Origin: Acholeplasmataceae bacterium | Lineage (GTDB): Bacteria > Bacillota_I > Bacilli_A > Acholeplasmatales > Acholeplasmataceae | Direction: 5' to 3' | Assembly: GCA_963675245.1 (NCBI GenBank) | Contig: OY775910.1 | Span: 1-64,000 of the forward strand | DNA: 64,000 nucleotides | Part shown: piece after piece, positions 8,981-19,251 of the stretch | Layout: each line of letters begins with the position of its first letter | Position numbering within the stretch: the first letter of the stretch is position 1 | The notes under the pieces: generated by a model | The model's database searches: none | Told to the model about the DNA's origin: nothing | Seen by the model: only the letters and a program-made list of their open reading frames with translations | Translations under genes and position numbers: made by a program

Positions 8981-10803
8981 GAGATAAGCTCCTTAATTGT
9001 TTGCACGATATGTTCAACATCCATACCTTCAGCTTTTAACATATCTAAATATGCACCAAAGGAAACTACTTTATTTGAAATACTCATACTTTTTATCTTA
9101 TTTTGGTAGCCTTTTTTTGCCATATAAGAAAGTATTTGAGGATATAGTCCACCATGATTGCTCGCTTCTTCATAAACTAATATAGGTTTACCAGTTTTAC
9201 AAAGTTCATCTAACATTTGTTCATCAATTGGTTTAATGATTCTTGCATTAACAATCTTCGCATTAAATGCCCCTTTTTCGTTTGCTTCTTTTAATAAATC
9301 TAAAGACGGGCCATAACTAATCAGTATCGGGCCATCGCCTGCTTTCATGACTTTCCAAGTTAATGAGATATCTTCAAATAAAATCTGATCCGTTTGCTCG
9401 TCAAAAGCGACATATCCTCTTGGATAGCGTATGACAAATGGATGTGTCTGCTTTAAGAATGCATAATGAAATAAATTAGCTGCTTCTTTTGCATCATATG
9501 GCATTGTAACAACCATATTTGGCATCAAAGAAAACATAGATATGTCAAATAAACCTTGATGGGTAGAACCATCTTCACCCACAATACCAGCACGATCTAT
9601 ACCGAAAACAACATGATGGTCTGATCTTGCAATATCATTTAAGATTTGATCAAATGCACGTTGACTAAATGTCGCATAAACGGGATAATAAACTGGCACA
9701 TGCTGATGAGCTAGCATCGCTGCCATGGTAGCACCATGTTCTTCAGCAATACCTATATCTAAATATCTGTCAGGATATTTCTTTTGAAATTTACTCATTT
9801 TTGTACCGATCGTCATGGCAGGCATAATCACAAACGTTTTAATTTCGTCTTGTAATTTATCCATGATTCTAGCAATCATTTCACTCCATGAAATGCCTTC
9901 TGGTTTATGACCATTTTGATTTGAAATACCATGGAATTTACCTATTGTATCGTTTTCTGCCTGTGGATGCCCTTTACCCTTTTCAGTTAAGACATGAATA
10001 ACGATAGATTTTTTAATATCTTTAATGCGTCTTAATGTTTTAACTAACGCCTTAATATCATGACCATCCATTGGTCCGATATACATATAACCTAAATCCT
10101 CGAACATATTTTGACGCTGTAATAAACTTCTGATTGAACGTTTGATACGCCCAAGGATACCTAAGATAAAACGTGGTAAAATGCGTGCCCATATACGTTT
10201 CATGCTTATGACAAATTTAGCACTTCTAATACGCGTTAAAGTTTTTGATATCGCACCAACTGAACGAGAGATACTCATTTCATTATCATTTAAAATAATA
10301 ATACCATGATGCTTTTGATCGCTACCTAATAAGTTTAACGCTTCAAATGACATACCATTAACAATCGATGAATCACCGACAATAGCGATACCTTTTCCAT
10401 CCTCATTTTTTAAATCTTTAGCATAAAGAAGTCCTAACAAAGCTGATAAAGCAGTACCTGCATGACCACTTTCCCATTGGTCATGCTCAGATTCACTATA
10501 ATCAATATAACCTGAAAGGCCACTCGTTTGTCTTAAACGATCAAAACCTCTTATTCTTCCAGTTAAAATTTTATGCGTATATGCTTGATGTCCAACATCA
10601 AAAATTAATGCGTCCTGAGGACTATTAAACACATAATGAAGAGCGATGATTAATTCAACTGTCCCTAAATTAGAGGAGAGATGACCACCTGTTTCCGGAA
10701 TTGATTCTAGCAAAAAAGACCGAATTTCATCAGCTAGTTTGTCCAACTCTTTAAAGGAGAGATCTTTTAGAAACGAAGGGTCTTTAATGTCCTCAAGTAT
10801 CAT
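8977..10803 (-). CDS. dxs: 1-deoxy-D-xylulose-5-phosphate synthase
   Basis: GGHLSSNLG, FDVGHQAY, LNDNEMSIS, GIAEEH and DRAGIVGEDGSTHQG motifs. Confidence 0.97.
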   Translation of the reverse strand: MILEDIKDPSFLKDLSFKELDKLADEIRSFLLESIPETGGHLSSNLGTVELIIALHYVFNSPQDALIFDVGHQAYTHKILTGRIRGFDRLRQTSGLSGYIDYSESEHDQWESGHAGTALSALLGLLYAKDLKNEDGKGIAIVGDSSIVNGMSFEALNLLGSDQKHHGIIILNDNEMSISRSVGAISKTLTRIRSAKFVISMKRIWARILPRFILGILGRIKRSIRSLLQRQNMFEDLGYMYIGPMDGHDIKALVKTLRRIKDIKKSIVIHVLTEKGKGHPQAENDTIGKFHGISNQNGHKPEGISWSEMIARIMDKLQDEIKTFVIMPAMTIGTKMSKFQKKYPDRYLDIGIAEEHGATMAAMLAHQHVPVYYPVYATFSQRAFDQILNDIARSDHHVVFGIDRAGIVGEDGSTHQGLFDISMFSLMPNMVVTMPYDAKEAANLFHYAFLKQTHPFVIRYPRGYVAFDEQTDQILFEDISLTWKVMKAGDGPILISYGPSLDLLKEANEKGAFNAKIVNARIIKPIDEQMLDELCKTGKPILVYEEASNHGGLYPQILSYMAKKGYQNKIKSMSISNKVVSFGAYLDMLKAEGMDVEHIVQTIKELIS

Positions 10804-10805
10804 AT

Positions 10806-10991
10806 CTAGTCCTTAATTTCCTTGGTCACAAGTTTTTCAGCATCCTCTAGCATGTTGTAACATGCTTTAGATAATTCTAATCCTAATTGATATTTTTTTA
10901 CAGCTTCATCCAAAGGAATATCCTTATTTTCTAAATCCTTAACAACACTTTCTAAATCTTTAAGTAATTGTTCAAATGATTTCTTTTCCAT
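10806..10991 (-). CDS. xseB: Exodeoxyribonuclease VII small subunit
   Basis: SFEQLLKDLESVVKDLE and LEDAE motifs; adjacent to xseA. Confidence 0.93.
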   Translation of the reverse strand: MEKKSFEQLLKDLESVVKDLENKDIPLDEAVKKYQLGLELSKACYNMLEDAEKLVTKEIKD

Positions 10992-12320
10992 TTAGCGTTC
11001 CTTCTTTCCTATGACTTTAGTCTGAGCGATACCATCTTTAAATCCAATGGATAACACATCGTCTATCATAACATCATTAATCGATGTTACCACATGTTCA
11101 TCCTTATTTACAATCGCGTAACCACGATCCATTAAACGAAGGGGGTTATTACCTTCTAAAGCAGTTTTTAAAACATGAAACTGATTATGTTTATCCACTA
11201 TTAAATTTATGACATTTCGTTTTAAATTATCATTTAATCTCGTATTAACTTCTTTATAATGCGATATTTTATCACTTGGATTTTTCAATCTTGTTTTTAA
11301 AAGATCCACTAATCTTGATTTATGTTCCAAAAGGTTTAATTGAAACTTATATAAATCATATTCATAACGCTTGAGTTGATCGTCTAATAATTCAAGTTTC
11401 AGTTTCGGAGAGCGTTGTTCTAAACGTTCATCTAAATACGTCATTAACGTTGTTTTATCATTTAAAAATCGTTTGATTGCTTTTTCAGATTGCAAAGTTA
11501 ACTCAGCAATGTGAGAAAGCAAATCATCTTTATTTGGTGTTGCTAATTCCGCTGCAGCTGTCGGTGTTGGTGCACGAAGATCACTAACGAAATCTGATAA
11601 TGTAAAATCTGTCTCATGTCCTATCGCTGTAATCACAGGGATATGGGATTTATATATGGCTTCAATCGTTGGCATTTCATTAAATCCCCATAAGTCTTCA
11701 ATAGATCCACCACCACGACCTACAATTAAAACATCGACTTGATTAAGCTCATTTGCCTTAACTATTTGTCTCGCAATGGAAACAGATGAATCTGGTCCTT
11801 GTACTAAAGCTGGATATAAGTGAATTTCTGTTAATAAATAACGCCTTGTTACTGTGTTTTTTATATCTTCAATCACAGCACCTGTCGGTGATGTGACTAC
11901 CCCAATACGTGTTGGAAATTGAGGGATTTTCTTTTTATGTGCCTCATCGAACCAACCTTTTTCTGTTAATTCTTTTTTTAATGCCTCATATTTTAAATAG
12001 AGTTCACCGATACCGTCAAGTTTCATTTGTTTCACTTGAATGGAATATGTACCAGAAGGTTGATAAACTGAAATACTACCAACAATCAATACATGATCAC
12101 CTTCTTTAGGCGTGAATTGAACCCCAGTTGTATCTCTTGAAAACATAATACAGCTTACTTGTGCACCTTCATCTTTCAAAGTAAAATAAAAATGACCTCG
12201 ACTGTGATGTTTAAAATTTGAGATTTCACCCTTAATTAAAATGACGCGAAGGTGTTGATCACCTTCGAGTTTGACTTTAATATATTTAGTTAAAGCTGTT
12301 ACTGATAAGTAGTTTTCCAA
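10992..12320 (-). CDS. xseA: Exodeoxyribonuclease VII large subunit
   Basis: GEISN, GHFYFTLKD, VTSPTGA, RGGGSIEDLW, GHETD and PTPTAAAE motifs; TTG start. Confidence 0.97.
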   Translation of the reverse strand: MENYLSVTALTKYIKVKLEGDQHLRVILIKGEISNFKHHSRGHFYFTLKDEGAQVSCIMFSRDTTGVQFTPKEGDHVLIVGSISVYQPSGTYSIQVKQMKLDGIGELYLKYEALKKELTEKGWFDEAHKKKIPQFPTRIGVVTSPTGAVIEDIKNTVTRRYLLTEIHLYPALVQGPDSSVSIARQIVKANELNQVDVLIVGRGGGSIEDLWGFNEMPTIEAIYKSHIPVITAIGHETDFTLSDFVSDLRAPTPTAAAELATPNKDDLLSHIAELTLQSEKAIKRFLNDKTTLMTYLDERLEQRSPKLKLELLDDQLKRYEYDLYKFQLNLLEHKSRLVDLLKTRLKNPSDKISHYKEVNTRLNDNLKRNVINLIVDKHNQFHVLKTALEGNNPLRLMDRGYAIVNKDEHVVTSINDVMIDDVLSIGFKDGIAQTKVIGKKER

Positions 12321-12326
12321 ACAAAA

Positions 12327-12716
12327 TCATTCCTTTACGGCGCTTGCGATTTCGTCAAGTAACCGGTTATTGAATTTACGTTGCTTCTCATCGTCCATAT
12401 TCGTGAATTCTTTTGTGAGTTCTAATGCTTCATTTATCACAATTTCTTTAGGTGTATCATGCATTAAAAGTTCATAAGCTGCAAGCCTAATAATAGCACG
12501 ATCAACATAAGATAAGCGGTCAATTGTATAGTTATATAAATGCTTCTTGATTAGTGTATCAATGTCATCTAAATGTGTGATAATTTCTGTATAAATTTCT
12601 GCCAACTCTTGTTCTTCAAATGATGGCATAAAAGGAATATCACCATCATGATATAAATCATATTGGTAGAGTGTATTCATTAATTCAATTCGTCGATCTC
12701 TTAGCTCAATTTTCAT
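12327..12716 (-). CDS. nusB: Transcription antitermination factor NusB
   Basis: DRAIIRLAAYEL, VINEALELTK and KFNNRLLD motifs. Confidence 0.92.
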   Translation of the reverse strand: MKIELRDRRIELMNTLYQYDLYHDGDIPFMPSFEEQELAEIYTEIITHLDDIDTLIKKHLYNYTIDRLSYVDRAIIRLAAYELLMHDTPKEIVINEALELTKEFTNMDDEKQRKFNNRLLDEIASAVKE

Positions 12717-12826
12717 ATCTATACCTCAATAGTATTTTAGCATAATTTAACTTCTTTTGGTAACTCTTAACACAAAGACATACAAAAAAAATGATCACAA
12801 ATATCGACATTTATTGATGCATAAAC

Positions 12827-12858
12827 AAAAAAGCCACAAACATCAGTTGTAGCTTTTT
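12827..12858 (-). terminator. Intrinsic terminator after the pot operon
   Basis: Minus strand GCTACAA-N7-TTGTGGC followed by T6. Confidence 0.65.
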
Positions 12859-12875
12859 ACTTTATAGAGAATTGC

Positions 12876-14057
12876 TTATACTTTTTTGAATTTTCTGTAA
12901 GCGCCTAATCCAATTGAACCAAGTACTAATACACCTGCAATCACGATAATTGCAATCGTTCCTGCACCTAAACCTTCACCTTCATATCCTTTACTTGCAA
13001 GAATTTGTTGCCAGCTATTATCCATTTGAAGTTTTAAAGCTGCATTATAGCGATAAATCTCATCATTTGCATTAATTCTAATATCATAGCTTGCTGCAAG
13101 TGATTCAAATTCTCCTCCTACTGCAATTTCATCTTCAAAAACATCTTTACGTGGTGTTGTATACATGACTTCTTCTGTATTTTGTAAAGCCTGATCATAA
13201 TCCATCATAAAATTAATAAATTGATATGCAAATACTGTGTTAGCACCTTTTGGAGTGACAAAAGCATCAACGAATACGTTTGTTCCTTCGTTTGGAACAA
13301 AAAATGATAAATTATCGTTTTCGCTCATTAAGTAATTTGCATCTCCAGAATAAGCTACTGCTAAATCATATGCAGCAGGATCTAACATGGTATCAAAGAT
13401 TTCATCTGTTTGCACAGCAACATTTGCAGTTAATGCAGCATTTAACCAATCTGTACCTGCATCAAATTCAGATGTCGTTGGATTGTTAATTGTTGACACA
13501 CCAGTTGCTTTTAGACCTATTAAATAAGCATCTCTTGAACTATTGTAAAACGCAATATCATATGTATCACTCATTTCAAGTACATCCCAACCAGTTAAAT
13601 CATTTTCATCAACGGTTGTTGTGTCATATAAAATACCTAAGTTACCCCAGAAATAAGGTACAGCATATTCTAATAAATCAAATCCGTTAACATTGTCGGC
13701 TAATGTATCTAAAATTGAAACTAATCCATCCGCTAAATCAACATCTTTATCAAATGTTGTAATGGCACTCCAATTGATTGGATCAATTAGGTTTTCTGAT
13801 GCAAGTTGTTCAATGGCATAATCAGAAGGAATCACTAAATCATATTGATTGCCTGCTTTGATTTGTGTCACTGCTACTTCATTAGAATCGAATAAAATTT
13901 GTTCGACACGAATACCTGTGTTTTCTTCAAATGCTTCTAATAGCGAATCATCAATGTATTCGCCCCAATTATAAAGTCTAAGTGTATCTTGTTCTGTACA
14001 ACCGATTAATGTGATTGCGACAAGTAAGACCATCAATAATGCTATAAATTTCTTCAT
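12876..14057 (-). CDS. potD: Spermidine/putrescine ABC transporter substrate-binding lipoprotein with an extra C-terminal TM helix
   Basis: Lipobox LIGC, YNWGEYID, PSDY, PYFWG, YSGDA and PNEGTN motifs. Confidence 0.9.
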   Translation of the reverse strand: MKKFIALLMVLLVAITLIGCTEQDTLRLYNWGEYIDDSLLEAFEENTGIRVEQILFDSNEVAVTQIKAGNQYDLVIPSDYAIEQLASENLIDPINWSAITTFDKDVDLADGLVSILDTLADNVNGFDLLEYAVPYFWGNLGILYDTTTVDENDLTGWDVLEMSDTYDIAFYNSSRDAYLIGLKATGVSTINNPTTSEFDAGTDWLNAALTANVAVQTDEIFDTMLDPAAYDLAVAYSGDANYLMSENDNLSFFVPNEGTNVFVDAFVTPKGANTVFAYQFINFMMDYDQALQNTEEVMYTTPRKDVFEDEIAVGGEFESLAASYDIRINANDEIYRYNAALKLQMDNSWQQILASKGYEGEGLGAGTIAIIVIAGVLVLGSIGLGAYRKFKKV

Positions 14058-14872
14058 TCTAGTTCCTCCGTTTTTTTACCAGATTTGATGTAATCATATA
14101 ATATCTTTGAACCGATAATCACAAGGATTATGGCGGATAAAGCATTGAATATTAGTTTTGGATAACGTCTATTATTGAATAAATAGATGGATATATTCAT
14201 ATCGCCTGATGACCCAGCTACGAAATAAGAAATAATAAAATCATCAAAACTCATCGTAAATGCAATTGCAGCACCTGCAATGATTGCAACTTTGATTTGT
14301 GGAATAATGACCTTCCACAAAGCTTTCAATGGTGATGCACCTAAATCGTAAGCAGCATCTGCAATATTAGGATCTAAACTCTTTACTTTTGGATAAACTG
14401 TAATTAAGACATAAGGTGTGCAAAAAGCAATATGTGCAAGTAACATCGTATTATATGATGGCTCTAATGTCATCGCACCAAAGAGCACCACAAGCGACAC
14501 AGCGGTAATAATATCAGGACTCACAATAGGGATATTATTGACTTGCATCGTCAGATCACGAATAACCTTTCTTGTTTTCGTCAGTGCAATCGCAGCAAGC
14601 GTTCCTAATACCGTCGAAACAAGTGTTGAAAGTGTAGCAATCCACAAAGTCATTAAGACAACGGATTCTCTTGGATTCGTCCAATTAAATAACTCTCTAT
14701 CGGTGAATAATTCAACATACCTAGAGAAAGTGAATCCACCCCAACTAGTATATGAGTTGCCAGCATTAAATGAGAATATCGCCATTGAGATAATTGGTGC
14801 ATATATAAAGAGTAATGCAATAATCAGAAATATTGTTTCTGTTGTATTAACTGCTTTCTGTTTCATTTGCAT
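14054..14872 (-). CDS. potC: Polyamine ABC transporter permease
   Basis: FIYAPI-FSFN, PDII, DAAYDLGAS and FTMSFDDF motifs. Confidence 0.92.
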   Translation of the reverse strand: MQMKQKAVNTTETIFLIIALLFIYAPIISMAIFSFNAGNSYTSWGGFTFSRYVELFTDRELFNWTNPRESVVLMTLWIATLSTLVSTVLGTLAAIALTKTRKVIRDLTMQVNNIPIVSPDIITAVSLVVLFGAMTLEPSYNTMLLAHIAFCTPYVLITVYPKVKSLDPNIADAAYDLGASPLKALWKVIIPQIKVAIIAGAAIAFTMSFDDFIISYFVAGSSGDMNISIYLFNNRRYPKLIFNALSAIILVIIGSKILYDYIKSGKKTEELE

Positions 14873-15704
14873 TCACCCCCTTATATCGATCTAGTTTCTT
14901 AATGTAGTAGACAAATGCGAGGATAATTGCTGATAAGACAATCGCGATTGCTGATGAATAAGGGATACGTTCCTGTTCAATGATGGAGCGTTCAATCAAG
15001 GTACCGATCATATAAAAATTCATTTCTGGATCTAAATATCTTGGCACAATAATGGTCGTTGCTGAAGGTAAGAATACCATCATAATCCCTGAGATGACGC
15101 CTGATAATGATAGTGGAATAACAACTCTCGTTAATGTCTGAAGCTTACTAGCACCTAAATCTGCAGACGATTCTAATAAACTACGATCAATCTTAGCTAA
15201 AATTGCATAAATAGGTAATACCATAAATGGTAAATATATATAAGCAAGTCCAATGATAATCGCAATCGGTGTACCGATAAGTCCCGGTGCAAATACTTCT
15301 AATAATTGCTTTAACGCTCTGATTCTTAATAAACTATTAATCCACATGGGTGCATTAAACAACAATATTAATGCAATCTGCGTTCTTGTTTTTAATTTTG
15401 TTAATATATAGGCAATCGGATAACCGATGACTAAGCACAGTATCGTTGTACCAAATGCAATCCATAATGATGTGGACATACTTCTGACGAAACTTGTTGT
15501 GCTAAAGAATTCATTGTAATGAGAAAATGAAAATGTAAAAGGGAATAATCCACCTGCTGTTTCAGACTGGAAAGATGCTAGGATAAGCAAGAAGATCGGA
15601 ATGACGACTAGAATCGCCATCACTACATAATAGGGTATAGCAAAGTAATGTTCAAATTGGTTTCTAGATTTATTTCTAGACTTCATTGTTTGTTGCATTA
15701 CCAT
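14847..15704 (-). CDS. potB: Polyamine ABC transporter permease
   Basis: [25 protein letters not shown] and ESSADLGAS motifs. Confidence 0.92.
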   Translation of the reverse strand: MVMQQTMKSRNKSRNQFEHYFAIPYYVVMAILVVIPIFLLILASFQSETAGGLFPFTFSFSHYNEFFSTTSFVRSMSTSLWIAFGTTILCLVIGYPIAYILTKLKTRTQIALILLFNAPMWINSLLRIRALKQLLEVFAPGLIGTPIAIIIGLAYIYLPFMVLPIYAILAKIDRSLLESSADLGASKLQTLTRVVIPLSLSGVISGIMMVFLPSATTIIVPRYLDPEMNFYMIGTLIERSIIEQERIPYSSAIAIVLSAIILAFVYYIKKLDRYKGVNANETESS

Positions 15705-16987
15705 TGCTCCATGACGTGTAAATCTTCTGGACCAAACATTATATCAACGGTACTACCTTCTTTATGATAATCAGTCGTATGTATCGTAAATATCCGATGT
15801 TCTGTTTTAACATCAATTTCATAATGAACACCTTTGAAAGCAATCGAGTCTACGACACCTGTTAAAAATCCAGTGTTTACGTCAACGATATCAATATCTT
15901 CCGGTCGAATCACGATGTCAACATTTTCATTTTTAGCAAATCCTTTATCTACACATTCATAATCTTTATGATCAAAAGAAACGAGAAAATCGTCTTTCAT
16001 GATACCTTCTATAATGTTTGATTCACCGATAAAATTAGCTACAAATCTATTCGCTGGTTCATTATAAATGTCTTCAGGTGTACCGATTTGATAAATTTCC
16101 CCTAAATTCATAACGACAATTTTATCACTCATTGTCAATGCTTCTTCTTGATCATGGGTAACGTATAAAAATGTAATACCCGCTGTTTTTTGTATCTCTT
16201 TTAATTCATACTGCATTTCTTGACGTAATTTTAAATCGAGTGCAGCTAACGGTTCATCAAGCAAAAGAACTTTTGGTTCATTAATCAGTGCACGAGCAAT
16301 CGCTACACGTTGTTGTTGACCACCTGATAATTTGTGCACTTCTCTTGTTTCAAAACCTTCAAGACCAACCATTTTCAAATATTTAAGTACTTTTTCTTGT
16401 ATGTCTTTTTCTTTCGTTTTCGGTGTCGTAAATTGTTTTTTCAAGGCTTTAATTTCTTGTGCAATTGATGACTTATTTGAAGTTGTTTTTAATTGTTTTT
16501 TAAGATCTGCAATTTTCTTTTTTAATGTATAATTTGGATCTCTCTTTTCATTAATTTTATCTTGCATCTCATCTTTGAGCAATTTAATATGTTCACTATT
16601 TGTTTCAGAAGCAATTAATTGTTGATATTGTGCCTGAATTTGAGTCATCTCTTCTTGAATTAATAAAGATTCACTTTTAACGCGAAGTCCAAAGGCAACA
16701 TTTTCAAATACATCTAAGTGAGGAAATAACGCATATCGTTGAAAGACAGTATTTGTAGGTCTTTTGTGGGCAGGTATATCAAGAATACTGGTATCATCAA
16801 ACAACACTTCGCCAGAACTAGGATCTACAAACCCCCCGATGATACGTAACGTTGTTGTTTTTCCACATCCAGAAGGACCTAGTAAAGTCACGAATTCATT
16901 TTGTTCAATAGTAAGATCAATTCCTCTTAAAACGACCTGTCCATTAAATTCTTTTGTAACATCTTTTAACGTGATTAAAGCTGCCAT
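15698..16987 (-). CDS. potA: Polyamine ABC transporter ATP-binding protein with a helical insertion
   Basis: [37 protein letters not shown] and a TOBE-like tail. Start at MAALIT with an AAGGAG RBS. Confidence 0.95.
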   Translation of the reverse strand: MAALITLKDVTKEFNGQVVLRGIDLTIEQNEFVTLLGPSGCGKTTTLRIIGGFVDPSSGEVLFDDTSILDIPAHKRPTNTVFQRYALFPHLDVFENVAFGLRVKSESLLIQEEMTQIQAQYQQLIASETNSEHIKLLKDEMQDKINEKRDPNYTLKKKIADLKKQLKTTSNKSSIAQEIKALKKQFTTPKTKEKDIQEKVLKYLKMVGLEGFETREVHKLSGGQQQRVAIARALINEPKVLLLDEPLAALDLKLRQEMQYELKEIQKTAGITFLYVTHDQEEALTMSDKIVVMNLGEIYQIGTPEDIYNEPANRFVANFIGESNIIEGIMKDDFLVSFDHKDYECVDKGFAKNENVDIVIRPEDIDIVDVNTGFLTGVVDSIAFKGVHYEIDVKTEHRIFTIHTTDYHKEGSTVDIMFGPEDLHVMEQW

Positions 16988-17073
16988 TTTTCTCACTCCT
17001 TTACTATGTAAATCCGCTTATAGTTTAGTATATATAAACTATAAGTTAACTCGGTATAAACCATGACAAAACT

Positions 17074-17101
17074 ATTATATAATAATATTTATGAATGTCA
17101 A
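17074..17101 (-). promoter_or_regulatory. Promoter for potABCD
   Basis: Minus strand TTGACA (17096-17101), 16 bp, TATAAT (17074-17079). Confidence 0.6.
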
Positions 17102-17206
17102 TAAAAAACCTTTGGTAATCGTTTCAGTGTTTTTTATATGATTTTAAATAACATGTGATATAATTAAAATATCATAATTATTTAACTATTAAGTGAGGTT
17201 TATGTG

Positions 17207-17698
17207 ATGTTTATAGATGCTTTAAAAATGATCAAACAACGCAAATATATTATTCAATTTGCCATCTTTGCAAGTCTATTTATGATAATCTATATCGTCA
17301 TTGATTATCTCAATTTGCCTTACCGTGAAATGACTATTTCATACGGCTTATATCTGGTCATTATAAATATCATCCTTAATGTCGTTATGGCTTCTTTAAG
17401 TGGTTTATTAATGCACTTATCTACCGCGATGGTGGCAATTAGAGGTAAGGATGGAAAAGGAACGACATTTGGCTTTATATCAGTTATATTCGGTATTCTC
17501 ACATATGGATGTACATCTTGTGTGATTGCCTTCTTCGCTTCAATTGGTATCGCCTTTTCAGTTATTGCTCTTCCGCTTGCAGGATTGCCCTATAAACTTA
17601 TTTCACTATTATTAATTTCAATTGGTTTAATGTGGATAAGACATGAACTTAATCATGGTAGCTGCAACGTTAACCTAACAAAAACTAAAGACCAGTGA
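17207..17698 (+). CDS. Uncharacterised 4-TM membrane protein with an intramembrane CxxC motif
   Basis: Four hydrophobic segments, YGCTSCV motif, GAGG RBS, own terminator. Confidence 0.8.
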   Translation: MFIDALKMIKQRKYIIQFAIFASLFMIIYIVIDYLNLPYREMTISYGLYLVIINIILNVVMASLSGLLMHLSTAMVAIRGKDGKGTTFGFISVIFGILTYGCTSCVIAFFASIGIAFSVIALPLAGLPYKLISLLLISIGLMWIRHELNHGSCNVNLTKTKDQ

Positions 17699-17710
17699 TG
17701 GTCTTTTTTT
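17687..17710 (+). terminator. Intrinsic terminator
   Basis: AAAGACCA-GTGA-TGGTCTTT followed by T4. Confidence 0.75.
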
Positions 17711-17718
17711 ATGACTTG

Positions 17719-17768
17719 TTGACAAACATTGATTTTAAGCATATAATAACGATATGACAACCCTGTCA
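17719..17768 (+). promoter_or_regulatory. Consensus promoter and probable TetR operator
   Basis: TTGACA (17719-17724), 17 bp, TATAAT (17742-17747), then inverted repeat TGACA-ACCC-TGTCA (17755-17768) at the expected start site. Confidence 0.8.
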
Positions 17769-17783
17769 CATTCGAGGAATACG

Positions 17784-18392
17784 ATGCCAAAATCAACATT
17801 TTTCAATTTAAAAAGCGAAAAGCAATCACGTATTATAGAAGCTACTTTAAAAGAATTCGCCAGACATGATTACGAGCATGTTAATATTCAAAACATTATT
17901 AAAGATGCCCAGATTTCACGCGGAAGTTTCTACCAATATTTTAATGATTTAGATGATTTGTTTGGATATCTAGTTGATGTGATTGTGAAAGAAAAAAGAG
18001 CTTATTTTGAAAAACATGCCATTATGCATGGAGATGTTCCTTTTTTTGATCGTTTAGGCGAACTTTATCGCTTAGGTTATCAATTTGCCTTAGATAATCC
18101 ACTCATTTATGAAGCCGGTAAACATATGGTTAAACCAGTAACACAAAGTAAAAACAAAACGGTTTTATCCAATCAAAAAGAGTTAGTTGCATACTATAAG
18201 GATGAATTAAAAAAAGACATTGATAATAAATCGATTAGAAATGATGTCGATATTGAGATGTTAATTGATGTGTTTACATTATTTTTAAATGAACTTTCGG
18301 AATCACACTTTATTGAACAACGTTTGACACAAGACGAGGTTGATCAACGCTTTAAGCGTTTCATAAAACTCCTAAAGAAAGGAATCGAGTAA
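17784..18392 (+). CDS. TetR/AcrR family transcriptional regulator
   Basis: MPKSTFFNL..EKQ.RII N-terminus and HTH ISRGSFYQYF. Start moved to the ATG after a GAGG RBS. Confidence 0.92.
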   Translation: MPKSTFFNLKSEKQSRIIEATLKEFARHDYEHVNIQNIIKDAQISRGSFYQYFNDLDDLFGYLVDVIVKEKRAYFEKHAIMHGDVPFFDRLGELYRLGYQFALDNPLIYEAGKHMVKPVTQSKNKTVLSNQKELVAYYKDELKKDIDNKSIRNDVDIEMLIDVFTLFLNELSESHFIEQRLTQDEVDQRFKRFIKLLKKGIE

Positions 18393-18393
18393 C

Positions 18394-19251
18394 ATGTTTA
18401 AAGTCGAAGATTTAAGATTTACTTATCCTAAGAATAAGGAGGAAACCATCAAAGGTATCTCTTTTGAGATTGCAAAAGGTGAAATATTTGGCTTCTTAGG
18501 GCCATCCGGTGCTGGAAAATCAACCACACAAAAAATATTGATTAAAATTTTAGAAAACTATGATGGGATAATCACATTCAATGGTGAAAACATCACAGAA
18601 TTAGATCAATCATTTTATGAAAAAATTGGTGTTTCATTTGAAATGCCTATTCACTTTTCAAAAATGACTGCGATGGAAAACATTAACTTTTTCTTAAAAC
18701 TTTATCAGAAAAATGCTGATGTTGAATCGTTAATGAAAAAAGTGGGTTTATGGGAAGATCGTGATAAAAAAGTATCCGAATTCTCTAAAGGTATGAAGAT
18801 TCGGTTAAATATCGTACGTGCTTTATTAAACGACCCTGAAATGCTCTTTTTAGATGAACCGACAAATGGGATTGATCCAGCGAACGCTATGATTCTAAAA
18901 GACATGATTAGAATCTTTAGAGATAATGGTGGTACTGTCTTTATTACATCACATATTATGTCTGATATTGACCAACTCTGCGATCGTGTGGCATTTATTA
19001 TTAATGGTGAAATTATAGAATTAGATTCACCACGTAATTTGAAGATTAAGTATGGTAAACGGACATTAACAGTTGAGTATAAAGAAGATGGAAGAACTAA
19101 GTCAGAACTGTTTTCCATGGATGATATCGGTCATAATAAAGCCTTTCTTGATATCTTAAAAGATAAGGAAATTGAAACCATCCATAGTGGTGAAACCACT
19201 TTAGAAGACATCTTCATCCAAGTGACTGGTGTAGGTTTAAATCATGAGTAA
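18394..19251 (+). CDS. ABC exporter ATP-binding subunit (fluoroquinolone-export-like family)
   Basis: GPSGAGKST, FSKGMK and FLDEPT motifs. Confidence 0.9.
   Translation: MFKVEDLRFTYPKNKEETIKGISFEIAKGEIFGFLGPSGAGKSTTQKILIKILENYDGIITFNGENITELDQSFYEKIGVSFEMPIHFSKMTAMENINFFLKLYQKNADVESLMKKVGLWEDRDKKVSEFSKGMKIRLNIVRALLNDPEMLFLDEPTNGIDPANAMILKDMIRIFRDNGGTVFITSHIMSDIDQLCDRVAFIINGEIIELDSPRNLKIKYGKRTLTVEYKEDGRTKSELFSMDDIGHNKAFLDILKDKEIETIHSGETTLEDIFIQVTGVGLNHE

Noticed and set aside
14418..14894. 158-aa plus-strand ORF and similar shadow ORFs (e.g. 514-732, 18705-19118, 20208-20570, 29546-29872, 41053-41559, 61917-62288)
   Set aside because: They lie antisense to or within well-supported genes and show no recognisable motifs.
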